A stretch of DNA of 63,901 nt, the filler included, from Diploschistes diacapsis (taxonomy: Eukaryota), in NCBI GenBank assembly GCA_023645945.1. It is 11 parts of 11 records of this genome, joined end to end, with 100 filler letters (N's around TTAATTAATTAA, not from the genome) between each part and the next. Parts side by side here need not be neighbours in the genome. Positions count along the whole stretch, not along the records: positions 60,267 to 62,034 come from JALAIB010002641.1; positions 62,135 to 63,901 come from JALAIB010002642.1; 9 more parts are not named here. One strand, written 5' to 3'. Of this stretch, positions 61,671 through 63,901 are shown piece by piece (positions within the stretch are counted from its first letter, which is position 1; each line of letters starts with the position of its first letter). A model generated the notes under the pieces. That model ran no database searches and was not told the origin of the DNA. It worked only from the letters and a program-made list of their open reading frames with translations. The position numbers were made by a program, and so were the translations under genes.

Positions 61671-62579
61671 CGTCTAAATAATAATAATTTCAAGAAATCG
61701 TTTACGAAATCGCGATACCTAATTTTTACTGATAAATTAAAATTCGCGATTATGACTTCTAAATTCGAATCGAATCGAATTCTTTCGCGTCGAATTTCTT
61801 CGGTTATTTCTATTATTAACGTAGGCGATGTAGGAAAGTTAATTTATATAAGACGTGTAATCCATCATATTAATATCTTTTCTTTTAAATTTAAAAGAAT
61901 TTGAATCGTTTCGTGGTTAATAGAACGAGATTCAGTTCTATCGAATCGATCTATAATGGTCGACCGAGATATTTTAAATACGCGGGTAGTTTCTCGAATA
62001 TTAATATATTATTATAATTTTAGAGCTTATAAACNNNNNNNNNNNNNNNNNNNNNNNNNNNNNNNNNNNNNNNNNNNNTTAATTAATTAANNNNNNNNNN
62101 NNNNNNNNNNNNNNNNNNNNNNNNNNNNNNNNNNTAGTTTAGTATGGCAAGGGGGATGGATGAGAAGAGTGGTGGGGAGAGAGGGTCAGGAGAGCGGAGA
62201 GGGCAGAGTGGGAAGGTAGGGTGGAAGCGGGAGGCGACGAAAGAGGAGGAGGGAAGGAGGGCCAGGAAGGAAGGAAAGAAGAAGGGCAAAGAAGTACGGG
62301 CTGGGGGGTTGCAAGAGTTTCGAAGAAAACGGAAAGGATGGAAAAGATGGAAAAGGGAAAAGAGAAGAGGTAATAACGACATCGTGGACGATAGAGGCGG
62401 CGTGGAACTTCCCTCTACTCGCTTGTTTGGTATCCGAGAGTCTCGACATCTGGAGAGGCGTTCTCTGTAGGATGATGGCTCAGAGGTGCGGGCACGGTAC
62501 GGTACATATTTGAAGGCCAAGGCTCTTCCCCAACACAACTAGGTTTGCGCGCCTTGGATGCAACCCTCCACTTCCCCTT

Positions 62580-63901
62580 TCAAATCCATTCCTTTTCACC
62601 ACCTTTCCCCTCGCTAGCGATAAGAAACTTATGCCCGTAACAAAGCAACTCCGTCCCCGTACTCATAATATCCCGCACCCTCACCGCCGGCGCGAGCCCG
62701 CCCATCTCCAGGCGATCGTCCAGCGACGCTTCGATGGCTGAGCCGCCCGCCGCTGGGCCGGCGTAGTCGAGGAGGTGCTCTGCCGGCGCCATGCGCTGCC
62801 ACGTCCACCAGAGGCGGTCGACGTTTGTGTGATGAAGGATGAAGATTGGGTCTGGGGGGGGTGCAAGCTGGGAGAGAGAGGTAGGGAGGGTAAGTGAGGG
62901 GTAGGTGAAGAGGGAAGGGGAAATGGAGGGAGGGGAGAGAGAGGGGGTAAAAAGGTAGTGGGGCATGAGAAGGGAAATAAGGGAAGCGAGTGAGCGAGTA
63001 TAACAGAACTGTTGTATTGAAAGGCATGTAGAAATGGGTTGGAAAGGGAAGTAAGGGCAGGAAAGGGAGAATGGAGGAAGGTTGATATGGGGATGGAGAT
63101 CGGTGGGATAGGAGAAGAGAGAGATAGAGAGGTTGGGTGCGGGAAGAATGGGGGAGCGATGACACAACACCAAATAAGAACGACAGGCAGCAAGCTGTGG
63201 AGATGGCGCAGGGGCAAAGAAATCCCACAAAGCCACCATTCGTCGCCGTCAGCCTCAGAAAGTCACCTCGAATCCCATACGGAATCCCCAGATGCGGGCC
63301 CTCCAGCCCGAACCAAAACTCAGCATAGCTCCCACTCGCCGTCACCCTATCCACAGCCTCCGGCCTGACATGCCCCGCCGTCACATCCTCATACGCCCTC
63401 GACTCAGCCTCTACAAACCCGCGCGACAGGCATTGCGGCGCATACTCCCTGCCCACATACGGCAGCACCAGGCCCGCAAACGCGCCGTCTGTCACACAGT
63501 GCCCCTCGTTTACCATGACATTGCCCCCCGTGGCCTCGGGGTCGCCGTCCGTGCCGAAGCCGGAGGTCGGTGACGCGGAAAAGACGGGGGAAGCGCCGAG
63601 GTCGGCCCAGTCGAGCGTCCAGTCCCAGTATGGCAGGTGGCCGGCGCAGGCGCAGCGGGAGCGCAGGGCAGTTTCGTAGGCGTGCAGGAAGTAGCGGTGC
63701 CAGGAGAGGAAGGCGGTGGAGCCGGCGTGGGCGTGGACGTAGGGGAAGTCGTGGTAGAGCGATTGGTTGTGGCTGAGGGCTGAGGAGAGCTGCGAGGGGA
63801 GAGCAGGAGGCAGTGGATGGCGGAGATTTAGGCGGTCTGTTGGGTAAGGCTGAGGTTGCGCCATTCGTGGCGGGTGGGGGGCCGAAGAACAGGAGGTGGG
63901 G
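62580..63901 (-). pseudogene. Tyrosinase-family (type-3 copper) pseudogene, 5' end at the window edge
   Basis: RHEWRNLS, FLSWHRYFLHAYE, LPYWDW, DPIFILHHTNVDRLWWTWQ. TAA at 63830-63828 where Tyr is expected, a frameshift just after HCL, and a 385-nt intron at 63236-62852. Confidence 0.8.

Noticed and set aside
62083..62538. Low-complexity ORFs on both strands
   Set aside because: Purine-rich simple sequence with no coding signature.

Overview
Eukaryotic DNA from a filamentous ascomycete (Pezizomycotina; short GT-AG introns), so most genes are split and the ORF track only partly captures them. The window is not one locus. It is 11 contigs joined by 100-nt N spacers carrying TTAATTAATTAA: two gene-rich contigs of about 23.5 kb (1-23510 and 34857-58297) and nine contigs of about 1.77 kb, eight of them RIP-mutated transposon debris and one a tyrosinase pseudogene. 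Contig 1 holds mostly housekeeping genes (5'-nucleotidase, ATG11, CENP-H-like, SOF1, RPN6, a BTB-like protein), plus a PD-(D/E)xK-like nuclease gene and a GMC oxidoreductase pseudogene. Contig 2 starts with a heme-thiolate peroxygenase gene carrying two RIP-type stop codons. It then has the most interesting element, a compact four-gene cluster at 37665-46101: an active kinase-SEL1-ankyrin protein, a DUF6594-like membrane protein, a 93-aa three-exon SH3/Tudor-like microprotein missing from the ORF track, and a divergently transcribed caspase-fold protease fused to a pseudokinase. This is inferred to be a candidate fungal immune or regulated-cell-death module. The repeat contigs include Fot1/pogo, Copia and Gypsy relics, a solo LTR with its TSD, and a complete 1.28-kb non-autonomous LTR element with a Tf1-type self-priming signature. 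Family assignments come from motif recognition, not database searches.
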